Below, piece by piece: positions 9,066 to 17,493 of a DNA stretch of 20,534 nucleotides (its first letter is position 1; each line of letters opens with the position of its first letter). The translations under genes were made by a program, and so were the position numbers. The notes beneath the pieces were generated by a model. It had not been told where the DNA came from. It saw only the letters and a program-made list of their open reading frames with translations, and searched no databases. Location: positions 1 through 20,534 of the forward strand of contig JBIQJB010000033.1 of the NCBI GenBank assembly GCA_044507735.1. The letters run 5' to 3'. Source of the stretch: Nitrosopumilales archaeon. GTDB lineage: Archaea > Thermoproteota > Nitrososphaeria > Nitrososphaerales > Nitrososphaeraceae.

Positions 9066-10222
9066 TTCGAAAATGGCTTTTCGTCGTACATGAACCTGTC
9101 AACCACATTTCTTGCCTGTTCGCGCCGCTTCTTGAATTCTACTACAAACGGCTTTGCTCCTTTTGCCAAGTCCGCCTTACATTCTCCGCACAAGAGGTTG
9201 CCGCTCTTGCATTTCAACATGCGCTCATCAGACTGCTTCTCGGTATCAAAAAAGTAGCGCAGATACCAAAATACTGGGCAACCAAGGGCATTGGCTCCAA
9301 GCTGGCGCTGGAGTGCTACAGTCGGCTGGCCTCCAGTGAAGGCAGTGGATACCTTCTTGTCTATCACTTCCGGGTCGTCAGTGGTGAAAATGGCAGTCTC
9401 TGGCTTTGACGAGGACATCTTGCCCAGCATGCCTAAGCCCGGCAGGAACTTGCTGTGTATTTGGGCAGGCTTGTAGTAGCCCATCCTGTCTGCTACGTCC
9501 CTCGTCATCCTCCAATACGGGTCTTGATCTATTGCGGCTGGTATCAACACGGGCGTAGGCTTACCCTCAATGACAGAAGGAAGAAAGCAAGGAGCCGCCT
9601 GAATCGGAGGAAAGCCGATCATACCAATGTTGGTCGAATTTGAAAACCCAAAGACTGCCCTTGCAGTGGAAAATGTTATCCTCTTTGCCACCTCTGTAGC
9701 AATTGGGTAAAGGTATTGGATGTGTTTTGTATCGACAATTATCTTTGTTTTTTTAGGGTTGAACCCAATCGCAATGATGTCAAGTATGTTCTCGTAGGTG
9801 TAACGCTCTATCTCTTCTCTTGTCCTGTCCTGCCCATAAAGGAACTTCTCGTCATCAGTCAGCTGGAACAGTAGTTTGGCGTCAAACTTGTCCTGTAGGT
9901 ATTTTGTGAACATCCACGGCATTATGTGGCCCATGTGGACCATGCCTGAGGGCCCTCTTCCAGTGTAAAGATAAAAGTTCTCGCCCTTCTTCTTCTTATC
10001 TAATATCCAATCAAAATCGCGGTGTGAGAAAAAGTAACCCAGCTTCAGCATTGGGTGGGTTTCGCCTGTCATCTCCTTAATCTGTTGTAAGAGCTGGGTG
10101 GTGATGGGCTGCGTTCCAAACTTTTCGATCAGCTTGCCATAGTCGACTTCGCCTTCCACTTCCCAAGGCGTGACCTTAAAGTCATTATCGCCACTGGCAT
10201 TGGCATGATCGTTTGGATCCAT
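9062..10222 (-). CDS. trpS: Tryptophanyl-tRNA synthetase
   Basis: VTPWEV, YTGRGPS..HMGH, AIDQDPYWR, KMSSS and CGECK motifs. Confidence 0.97.
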   Translation of the reverse strand: MDPNDHANASGDNDFKVTPWEVEGEVDYGKLIEKFGTQPITTQLLQQIKEMTGETHPMLKLGYFFSHRDFDWILDKKKKGENFYLYTGRGPSGMVHMGHIMPWMFTKYLQDKFDAKLLFQLTDDEKFLYGQDRTREEIERYTYENILDIIAIGFNPKKTKIIVDTKHIQYLYPIATEVAKRITFSTARAVFGFSNSTNIGMIGFPPIQAAPCFLPSVIEGKPTPVLIPAAIDQDPYWRMTRDVADRMGYYKPAQIHSKFLPGLGMLGKMSSSKPETAIFTTDDPEVIDKKVSTAFTGGQPTVALQRQLGANALGCPVFWYLRYFFDTEKQSDERMLKCKSGNLLCGECKADLAKGAKPFVVEFKKRREQARNVVDRFMYDEKPFSK

Positions 10223-10242
10223 GTAGGTGCAGCAGCTTGATG

Positions 10243-10257
10243 TTAAACGTTTAAAAA
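10243..10257. promoter_or_regulatory. Bidirectional TATA region between trpS and pheS
   Basis: Palindrome TTAAACGTTTAA (10243-10254); TTTAAA (10250-10255) is about 30 nt from both divergent ATGs. Confidence 0.6.
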
Positions 10258-10283
10258 GTCTTCCACTTTCAGAACTTTAACCA

Positions 10284-11768
10284 ATGAGTGGTAGCGCCCC
10301 GGCACTGCACCCGATCGAAAGATCGATACTCAAGGCTCTTGCCAGCACCAACTATTCGAGGACTGAGCAACTTGCTGCAGCCACAGGGCTTTCAATAGAT
10401 CAGATGCGGCGTGGTATAGAATGGCTCAAGTTCAAGAACCTTGTTTCAATAAATGAGTCTTCTCGCTCCACTGTGCGGCTGGCGTCAGAGGGAAAGGCTG
10501 CCGCTGAACATGGGCTACCTGAACGACGGCTAGTAGATGCAGTAAAAGAAGGGAAGACCATGATTAGCGAAGTACTTGCAGCCGGCGCCATAAGAAATGA
10601 AGAAGTAAATGCCGCCATCGCAGGTGCAAGGCGCAACCAATGGATACGGATAGAGGAAGGCAGGATGTTTGTAACGGCAGATGCAGAGAAAAAATCTGCG
10701 GAAGAGCTCTTGCTTGCAAAACTCGAAAGCGCCGTCGATGTTTCTCAATTAAATCCTGAAGAAAGAAAAGCTCTTGATCAGATCAAGAAGAGGCCAAACT
10801 ATGTGGAAGTCAGGGAAGAAAAAGAATTTGCAATATCGCTCACAGAGACTGGCAGGATGCTTATTCCATCACTTGACGAAGAGCAGGCAGAGCGCCGGCT
10901 TACGCCTGAGATGATTACGTCAGGCAAATGGAGACAGGCTAGGTTTTCCGCGCTTGATGTCGAAGCTCCTGCGCCAGCTGTCTACCCTGGCAGGCGTCAC
11001 CCCCTTGTCGATATTATTGAAGAGGTAAAGGAGATTTTTGTTGGTCTCGGCTTTTCAGAAATTGATGGCCCAATGGTGCAGTCGGGGTTCTGGAACTTTG
11101 ATGCACTGTTTACCCCCCAAGATCATCCTGCAAGAGAAATGCAGGACACCTTCTACCTTTCAGGTAGGAGACAGCCAATACCTGCAAGCAAGGATCAGAT
11201 CGCCCGGATTGCAGGAGTTCATGAGAAAGGCTGGAATAGCAGATGGGATGAAAGTGAAGCAGAGCGTGTTGTCCTGCGGACTCACACCACACCAGTTACA
11301 TTACAACACTTGGCAAAGTTCAAACCTGAAATTGGCCGATACTTTTCAGTCGGCAGGGTTTTCAGAAATGAAAAAGTCTCCTACAAGCATCTTGTCGAGT
11401 TTCATCAAGTCGAAGGAGTAGCCACGGCCCCTAAGGCGTCACTTCGAGACTTGATGGGCTTGCAGAAAGAGTTCTATGCCAAGATGGGGATAAAGAAAGT
11501 AAAATTCTGGCCAACATTCTTTCCATACACCGAGCCCTCGCTTCAGAGCATGGTCTACAATGAAACATTGGGAAAGTGGGTCGAGCTTTTTGGGATGGGG
11601 ATCTTTAGGCCAGAGGTTACCCGGCCACTTGGAATAAGAAATCCTGTGCTTGCATGGGGTGGAGGTCTTGAGAGGATTGCAATGCTCCGTTTTGGCCTGA
11701 ACGACGTTCGCGACCTTTACGGCAACAAACTCTCGTGGCTCAGGAGCGTGCCAAAATGCCCGTTGTAA
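10284..11768 (+). CDS. pheS: Phenylalanyl-tRNA synthetase alpha subunit
   Basis: WNFDALF.PQDHPAREMQDTFY, LRTHTT, FHQVEG, FPYTEPS and GLERIAM motifs. Confidence 0.97.
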   Translation: MSGSAPALHPIERSILKALASTNYSRTEQLAAATGLSIDQMRRGIEWLKFKNLVSINESSRSTVRLASEGKAAAEHGLPERRLVDAVKEGKTMISEVLAAGAIRNEEVNAAIAGARRNQWIRIEEGRMFVTADAEKKSAEELLLAKLESAVDVSQLNPEERKALDQIKKRPNYVEVREEKEFAISLTETGRMLIPSLDEEQAERRLTPEMITSGKWRQARFSALDVEAPAPAVYPGRRHPLVDIIEEVKEIFVGLGFSEIDGPMVQSGFWNFDALFTPQDHPAREMQDTFYLSGRRQPIPASKDQIARIAGVHEKGWNSRWDESEAERVVLRTHTTPVTLQHLAKFKPEIGRYFSVGRVFRNEKVSYKHLVEFHQVEGVATAPKASLRDLMGLQKEFYAKMGIKKVKFWPTFFPYTEPSLQSMVYNETLGKWVELFGMGIFRPEVTRPLGIRNPVLAWGGGLERIAMLRFGLNDVRDLYGNKLSWLRSVPKCPL

Positions 11769-13438
11769 ACGTAGCTCTTGACAGGCTAAAAAAACTCATC
11801 CCTGGCGTAAACGTTAACAAGGCACTTGACATACTGCCGTTCGTTGGACTTGACATTGAAGGCATCGACGATAATGTGATCAGGGTCGAGTACAACCCTA
11901 ACAGGCCTGACTTTTCTTCAGACTATGGTATTGCGAGAGCGCTCCGCGGCCTGCTGGAGATCGAGACTGGCATCCCGAAATTCAGGATAGCGGGAAAAAG
12001 CGGACTCACAGTAAAGGTTGATCCGTCAGTGAAAGAGGCAAGGCCATACATTGTGGCGCTTGTGGCAAGAAACGGCAGGCTTGATGACGCAACAATCAAG
12101 CAATTGATTGCAATGCAAGAAGACCTCCATAATGGTATTGGCAGGAGGCGTAAGAAAGCATCCATCGGGATCCACAACCTTGATGCGATCAGGTTCCCTG
12201 TGACATACAAGACCATCAGAGGAGACTATGCATTCGAGCCTCTTGGCGAAACATCAAGCCTGTCAATTGACCAGATCCTGAAAGAATCTGAAATTGGTAG
12301 ACAGTACGGCCACATTCTGTCAGGACTTGACAGGTATCCAATCATCGTTGACAATGATGGTACGGTTCTCTCTTTTCCACCAATAATTAATGGCAGCACC
12401 ACAAAGTTGGACGAGAAATGCCAAAACCTCTTTGTCGAAGTCACCGCGACTGATCAAAAGGCCGCCGAGGATACACTTGCTATAATCGCAGTCACACTCT
12501 ACGATGCGGGCTTTGAGATAAGGACAGTCGCCATAAACTCTGGTAAGAAGGTGAAGGTTGATACGCCGCAGATGAAACAAAAGATCATAGTCGCAGATAT
12601 CGATTATATCAACAACATCCTGGGGTTGGCGCTAGATGCAAAGCATGTGATCAAGAGCCTGAGAAAGAGCCGGATCGACGCAAAATCAGTTGGTAAAAAG
12701 ATCAGTTGCACCGTTCCTCGTTACAGAACAGACATCCACCATGCGATAGACATCGCAGAAGAAGTTGCGATAGGTTACGGCATATTCAACATGACACCTG
12801 TATTTCCACCGTCACCCACTGCGGGACAAAAAAATTCACTTTCGATATACTTTGCAGCGATAAGGGAGTCGCTTACAGGACTTGGCATGCTCGAATCACT
12901 CAACTTTTCCCTGACAAGCAGAGGAGTACAGTATGATGCGTTTGGCATCCATGGCCAGAACTTGCTGTCCGTCGATGGATCTAAGAGCATTGAACACGAA
13001 ATTCTTCGAGACTCGCTGATCCCTTCGCTTCTTCAATCTCTCTCCCGCAACGTGCACGAAGAATACCCGCAAAAGTTGTTCGAAATAGGCAAGACTTTCC
13101 AAGATGACTGCGAGGAAACAAGCGAGGGCATGAAGGTAGGTGTAGGAATAAGAGAGAACTGGAAGGTGGCTGCAGTAATAGCTCACTCAGATGCCGACTA
13201 CACGGAAATAAAGTCGGCAGTACAGGCACTAGCAAGATCCTGCTTTGGCAAGGAGGTCGAGACAAAGGCGGCATCAAACCCAATGTTCCTTGATGGTAGG
13301 TGCGGAGACGTTATTATTGATGGAAAGGTGGTAGGCACTGTAGGTGAAATCACTCCTCTTGCCCTCGAGAATTTCAAGCTAAGGGTGCCTGTGACTGCAT
13401 TTGAGATTGACCTCTCGGGCATCATAAAAGACAAATAG
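11756..13438 (+). CDS. pheT: Phenylalanyl-tRNA synthetase beta subunit (likely start ATG 11756, MPVV)
   Basis: NRPD, QEDLH..IGR.R.KASIGIH, SFPPIING, DIAEEVAIGYG and LRDSLIPSLL motifs; overlaps the pheS end. Confidence 0.97.
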   Translation: MPVVNVALDRLKKLIPGVNVNKALDILPFVGLDIEGIDDNVIRVEYNPNRPDFSSDYGIARALRGLLEIETGIPKFRIAGKSGLTVKVDPSVKEARPYIVALVARNGRLDDATIKQLIAMQEDLHNGIGRRRKKASIGIHNLDAIRFPVTYKTIRGDYAFEPLGETSSLSIDQILKESEIGRQYGHILSGLDRYPIIVDNDGTVLSFPPIINGSTTKLDEKCQNLFVEVTATDQKAAEDTLAIIAVTLYDAGFEIRTVAINSGKKVKVDTPQMKQKIIVADIDYINNILGLALDAKHVIKSLRKSRIDAKSVGKKISCTVPRYRTDIHHAIDIAEEVAIGYGIFNMTPVFPPSPTAGQKNSLSIYFAAIRESLTGLGMLESLNFSLTSRGVQYDAFGIHGQNLLSVDGSKSIEHEILRDSLIPSLLQSLSRNVHEEYPQKLFEIGKTFQDDCEETSEGMKVGVGIRENWKVAAVIAHSDADYTEIKSAVQALARSCFGKEVETKAASNPMFLDGRCGDVIIDGKVVGTVGEITPLALENFKLRVPVTAFEIDLSGIIKDK

Positions 13439-13460
13439 CATGAAAACACAGATAATGTAA

Positions 13461-13537
13461 CCCCGTTAAAGAGCACGCAGAGGACACAACTTGTGGCTAA
13501 CCTGTGACAGCGTGTGAGTCAGAGGCGGGGCACACAT
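13461..13537 (+). ncRNA. Candidate single-hairpin box H/ACA pseudouridylation guide RNA
   Basis: Lower stem CCCCG/CGGGG, internal loop TTAAAGA / GAGTCAGAGG, upper stem GCACGC/GCGTGT, K-turn-like GA-GG..CC-TGT-GA, ACA at 13532-13534, then a T-tract. Confidence 0.65.
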
Positions 13538-13578
13538 ATCATTTTTATAGCCAATGACACGCAAGAACGCCATTAACG

Positions 13579-14616
13579 ATGTCGCAGCAAGATAGTGAGA
13601 AGGGATCGTCTGAGAAAAAACCAAAGGCGATTGCATTGTTGTCAGGTGGCCTTGATAGCAGCCTGGCAGTAAGAATGATGTTGGAGCAAGGAGTTGATGT
13701 CGAGGCAGTAGCGATCAAGACCCCGTTCTGCGACTTTGACTGTGGCAAAGGTTGCGGCCATAGAGTAAAAGAGGTTGCCGACGAACTCGGAATAAAACTA
13801 AAGACTGTGTATTTCGGCGAGGACTATCTCCGTATGTTAAAGAACCCAAAGCACGGCTATGGCTCAGGAATGAACCCTTGCATTGACTGCCGAGGAATGA
13901 TGTACAATGCTGCAAAAGAACATATGGAAAGGACTGGTGCAGACTTTGTTATTACAGGTGAAGTGTTGTTCCAGCGGCCTATGAGCCAGAACAACCGTGC
14001 ACTGAATATCATTGAAAAGGAAGCAGGGATGGAAGGAAAGGTTCTGCGTCCTTTATCTGCAAAACACCTTCCTCCAACAGATGCTGAAAAAGCGGGGCTG
14101 ATAAAACGCGAAAACTTGGGCGACATCAAGGGTAGATCCAGAAAGGGACAGCTTGCACTTGCAAAGCATTTTGGCATAGCCGAACCTCCAAATGCAGCCG
14201 GAGGATGCTTGCTAACAGACCCTGCCTTTTCCAAGCGGGTAGAAGATATTATGGAACACTCTGCAGACATCCCCACGCTTAACGATATCGAATTGTTGAA
14301 AGTGGGAAGGCACTTTAGGTTGACGCCTGACGCCAAGCTGGTTGTGGGCAGAAACAAGGACGAAAATGAGGTGATAAAGGCGTTGGTTGTGGAGGGCGAT
14401 GCTGTCATTGAGACCAAAGATCACGTTGGGCCAACCTGCATACTGCGCGGCAAACATGACGACGACCTGGTGGCAAGGGCAGCCGCCATTGCATTGCGGT
14501 ACTCCGATGCTCCTAAGGACGTGAAATCAATAGTCAGAATAATCATCGATAACAACGAAAGAGAAATCAGTACAATGCCAGCTGATGTCGCTGTAACCGA
14601 CTCTATGCGTATATAG
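13579..14616 (+). CDS. PP-loop tRNA sulfurtransferase-like protein (ThiI/MnmA-related) with C-terminal DUF814-like domain
   Basis: SGGLDS, NPCIDCR, TGEVL.QRPMSQ, GGCLLTD, GRHFR and VGRN..EN motifs; no THUMP domain; TTTTTATA at 13542-13549. Confidence 0.85.
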   Translation: MSQQDSEKGSSEKKPKAIALLSGGLDSSLAVRMMLEQGVDVEAVAIKTPFCDFDCGKGCGHRVKEVADELGIKLKTVYFGEDYLRMLKNPKHGYGSGMNPCIDCRGMMYNAAKEHMERTGADFVITGEVLFQRPMSQNNRALNIIEKEAGMEGKVLRPLSAKHLPPTDAEKAGLIKRENLGDIKGRSRKGQLALAKHFGIAEPPNAAGGCLLTDPAFSKRVEDIMEHSADIPTLNDIELLKVGRHFRLTPDAKLVVGRNKDENEVIKALVVEGDAVIETKDHVGPTCILRGKHDDDLVARAAAIALRYSDAPKDVKSIVRIIIDNNEREISTMPADVAVTDSMRI

Positions 14617-14728
14617 GCTATCCCTTAACGGCGATTGACATTCACTGCCGATACTATCGAGCTAAAATCAACAATTCGGTGAACGAGATTTGACCAGCAC
14701 AACTATTGACTACGCTTGACAATCTCAG

Positions 14729-15022
14729 ATGCAATTTAGTCAGATGCAGACACAAAAAACACCAGTTTACCTCAAGGCTCTTACGCTGCGCGATATCAGC
14801 GACATAACCGCGATCAAGGAAGATATCAAAAAGCACATGATTCTTATCCTGAGGGTGACTCCGCTTGCGCAAAAGGACGTTGAGGAGCTACGCAAGGTCG
14901 TCGAGGAACTATATTCATATGCCCAGTCGGTGGGTGGAGACATTGCAAGACTCGGAGAAGAGCGCATCGTAATTACCCCTCCGGGCGTCAAGATCTGGCG
15001 TGGAGCGTACGACCTAAAGTAA
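14729..15022 (+). CDS. sepF: Archaeal cell division protein SepF (start 14729 or 14744)
   Basis: ILIL.VTPL, GGDIARLGE.RIVITP.GVKI signature. Confidence 0.88.
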   Translation: MQFSQMQTQKTPVYLKALTLRDISDITAIKEDIKKHMILILRVTPLAQKDVEELRKVVEELYSYAQSVGGDIARLGEERIVITPPGVKIWRGAYDLK

Positions 15023-16894
15023 TTTTACCGCTTCCTGCACGAGCGGGTGCTGCGTCTGTATTCTGAACTGCTTGTTTATCATGCTTGCAAGGTTCTGAGC
15101 TTTTGCGCGCTCGCCGTGGTTTACTAGAACGCGGCGGAGCTTTGGTCTGAGCCTGCTTACATACGCCATTAGCTGGTTGTAGTCGCTGTGGCTTGCAAAT
15201 CCATCTATCTTTTCAATTTGGCACTGGAGGCCTATCATCTCTCCCTTGACCATGATCTGCCTCGCGCCATCCTGAATGGCCCTTCCAGGCGTATCCAGTG
15301 CCTGATAGGATGTTAGAATTAATCGGCTGCGCTGGTCGGCTGCTATCTGCTTTAGGTAGTTCACCGATGGCCCGTCGACAAGCATTGAAGAAGGAGCCAA
15401 GATTACCGCCGGCTCGTCGCTCTTGAGTGTGTCAGAATCTGCGATCAAGAACTGCGACCCGAACGGGCTTGTTTCTGATTCAAGGACGCGCTGGCGAATC
15501 TCTTTTGAAAGGAACTCTGGGTAGGCTTCATAAACTGCTGTTGCTTCTGAAATCGACCTTTCAACGAGCACCTTTGCATCAACGCCCTTCATGAACTGCT
15601 CAAGCACAAGGATGAGCTCCTGCGAAATGCCTACTACAGGAACTGGCAAAAGCACATGGCCGCCTGCCGAAACTGTCTTGCTGACTGCACTAGCAAGGCG
15701 GGCTTCTGCTTCTTCTCGCGGGCACATGATGTCCTCCTTACCACCAAAAGTGCTTTCTATTATCATTGTCTCAACGCGTGGAAAGTTCCATGAAGCATTT
15801 TCGAGGGCAATCGTCTTGCCAAATTTCATGTCGCCTGTGTATACTAGGTTATGGTCACCGTTTCCTATGTGCAGATGTATGGAGGTAGAACCAAGAATGT
15901 GACCAGAATTTGACAGCACCAACTTGATGTCGGGAGAAATATCTGTTACAATTCCGTGTGTAAGCGTTATTGTGTGTGCTGCCGCATTTTCGATGTCCTT
16001 TTCAGAATAAAGAGCCATATTTCCTGAGCGCTTGACATAGTCCCTCTGAATGAGGCCCATAAGCAAAAGCGTGGGCTCGGTGCAATACACTGGACCTCGG
16101 TAGCCATACTTGAAGAGGGCAGGCAGAAACCCGGCATGATCAAGATGTGCATGGGTGAGGACAACTGCATCAATGTCTTCCATTGCAACACCTGCCACAT
16201 CAAATCGGGGCATTCTGGCAAGCGAATCTCTGGCAGATGGGTTCAATCCACAATCAAGCAGTACTTTGCTCTCCGATGTCGATAGGAGCATGCATGATCT
16301 GCCAACTTCCGCAAATCCTCCAAGAGTCATCAGGCTTGCCTCTGCCTGACTGCTCAACTTATCTCTGAATATTTTGTCCCCAACCTCGCGGTAGAACTTT
16401 GTTCGCTCTGCCACTGTTTCGGCCAGAATCTTGTACAATGCAACAATGGGTGCCATGTCATGGGGCGCCTTTCTGATGCGCACCTTCCATCCGGTCTTTT
16501 CCGCAAGCTCGATATTATCAAAATCCTCGCCGACCTGTGCCAGCATCCATGGCTTTCTTGCAAAGAGCACCGCCTCGCCTAACACCGCGTCAAAGAAAGT
16601 TCCTGCGACGCCGACTTCCTTCGGTATCGTTTTTGAAATTATCTTGGTCGACTCCTCTTCTGGTTGTCTTATGGATTCGTCTGTGCGTATGACAATCCTT
16701 TTCTTTATGGTGTTGACCATGTTTGATACAAGCTGGCTGTTTTGCATCAGGTAGCTGGGGTTCTTCGAATACAACGCGATCCGTGGACCTTCATATTCTA
16801 TCTTAGTCAGGCCAGACTCCTGCGGCAGACTCTGCAGTATTACTGCCATGATGTTCTGGCTTGTAGATTCAGGGTAAGACGATTTACGCTGCAT
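15014..16894 (-). CDS. aCPSF1/FttA-type KH-MBL-beta-CASP ribonuclease (divergent)
   Basis: KIEYEGPRIALY N-terminus, LGGF.EVGRS, HAHLDH, GHILGS, YTGD, HSD and HGE motifs. Confidence 0.92.
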   Translation of the reverse strand: MQRKSSYPESTSQNIMAVILQSLPQESGLTKIEYEGPRIALYSKNPSYLMQNSQLVSNMVNTIKKRIVIRTDESIRQPEEESTKIISKTIPKEVGVAGTFFDAVLGEAVLFARKPWMLAQVGEDFDNIELAEKTGWKVRIRKAPHDMAPIVALYKILAETVAERTKFYREVGDKIFRDKLSSQAEASLMTLGGFAEVGRSCMLLSTSESKVLLDCGLNPSARDSLARMPRFDVAGVAMEDIDAVVLTHAHLDHAGFLPALFKYGYRGPVYCTEPTLLLMGLIQRDYVKRSGNMALYSEKDIENAAAHTITLTHGIVTDISPDIKLVLSNSGHILGSTSIHLHIGNGDHNLVYTGDMKFGKTIALENASWNFPRVETMIIESTFGGKEDIMCPREEAEARLASAVSKTVSAGGHVLLPVPVVGISQELILVLEQFMKGVDAKVLVERSISEATAVYEAYPEFLSKEIRQRVLESETSPFGSQFLIADSDTLKSDEPAVILAPSSMLVDGPSVNYLKQIAADQRSRLILTSYQALDTPGRAIQDGARQIMVKGEMIGLQCQIEKIDGFASHSDYNQLMAYVSRLRPKLRRVLVNHGERAKAQNLASMINKQFRIQTQHPLVQEAVKLL

Positions 16895-17045
16895 GAATGC
16901 AATCCTTGTTGAAGTACCAAACTAGCGGCGCAAGCCGAGTTTTAGACTTCCTTCGACATATGCCAGTATTAAATATTTGGCTCGTCCTTTGAACAGGAAA
17001 CAAAGTTGAAATACTTACCCAGTTCTAGTATATGAGGCGATTCGT

Positions 17046-17429
17046 TTGGAGGACGATTTGAGTTCAGGTGCCAGCGACTACGGCAGAAGTTCTGGTAGTA
17101 ATGGAGGTAGAACGTTTGGTGGAAGCAGATTCAGCGGTCCAAGGCCATTCAGGCCGTCGCCTGTACGAGTAGGCGACGAATACGATGTAAAGATCGAATC
17201 GCTGAGCAAGAGGGGAGATAGTGGAGTCGCTAGGGTACAGGGTCTTGTGATCTTTGTGGCCGGCACCAATGTAGGTGACAATCTCAAGATAAGAATAACA
17301 AAAGTGGGGCGTGGATATGCTACTGCAGATGTTGTGGACGGGGCGGTCGCAACAGCTGCCGAAGGTGCTACGGCTGAAGCATCGATAGCGGGGACCGGAG
17401 ATATCAGCGATACGGATCCGGGCGCATAG
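17046..17429 (+). CDS. Stand-alone TRAM-domain RNA-binding protein with low-complexity tails
   Basis: PV.VGDEYDVKIE....GDSGVARVQGLVIFV.GT.VGD...IRITKV....A.A core. Confidence 0.92.
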   Translation: MEDDLSSGASDYGRSSGSNGGRTFGGSRFSGPRPFRPSPVRVGDEYDVKIESLSKRGDSGVARVQGLVIFVAGTNVGDNLKIRITKVGRGYATADVVDGAVATAAEGATAEASIAGTGDISDTDPGA

Positions 17430-17493
17430 GAATAAGTAAACAAGGCGCGGCTGTACAAGATTTATTATTTCCTACTGTGCAGGTCTCTTTTGA

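Noticed and set aside
11735-11755. Longer pheT start given by the ORF track
   Set aside because: Archaeal PheT typically begins MP; ATG 11756 fits better.
13456-13535. Minus-strand reading of the H/ACA hairpin (also ends in ACA at 15 nt)
   Set aside because: Pocket would be identical rather than complementary to H69, no K-turn-like motif, and no suitably placed TATA.
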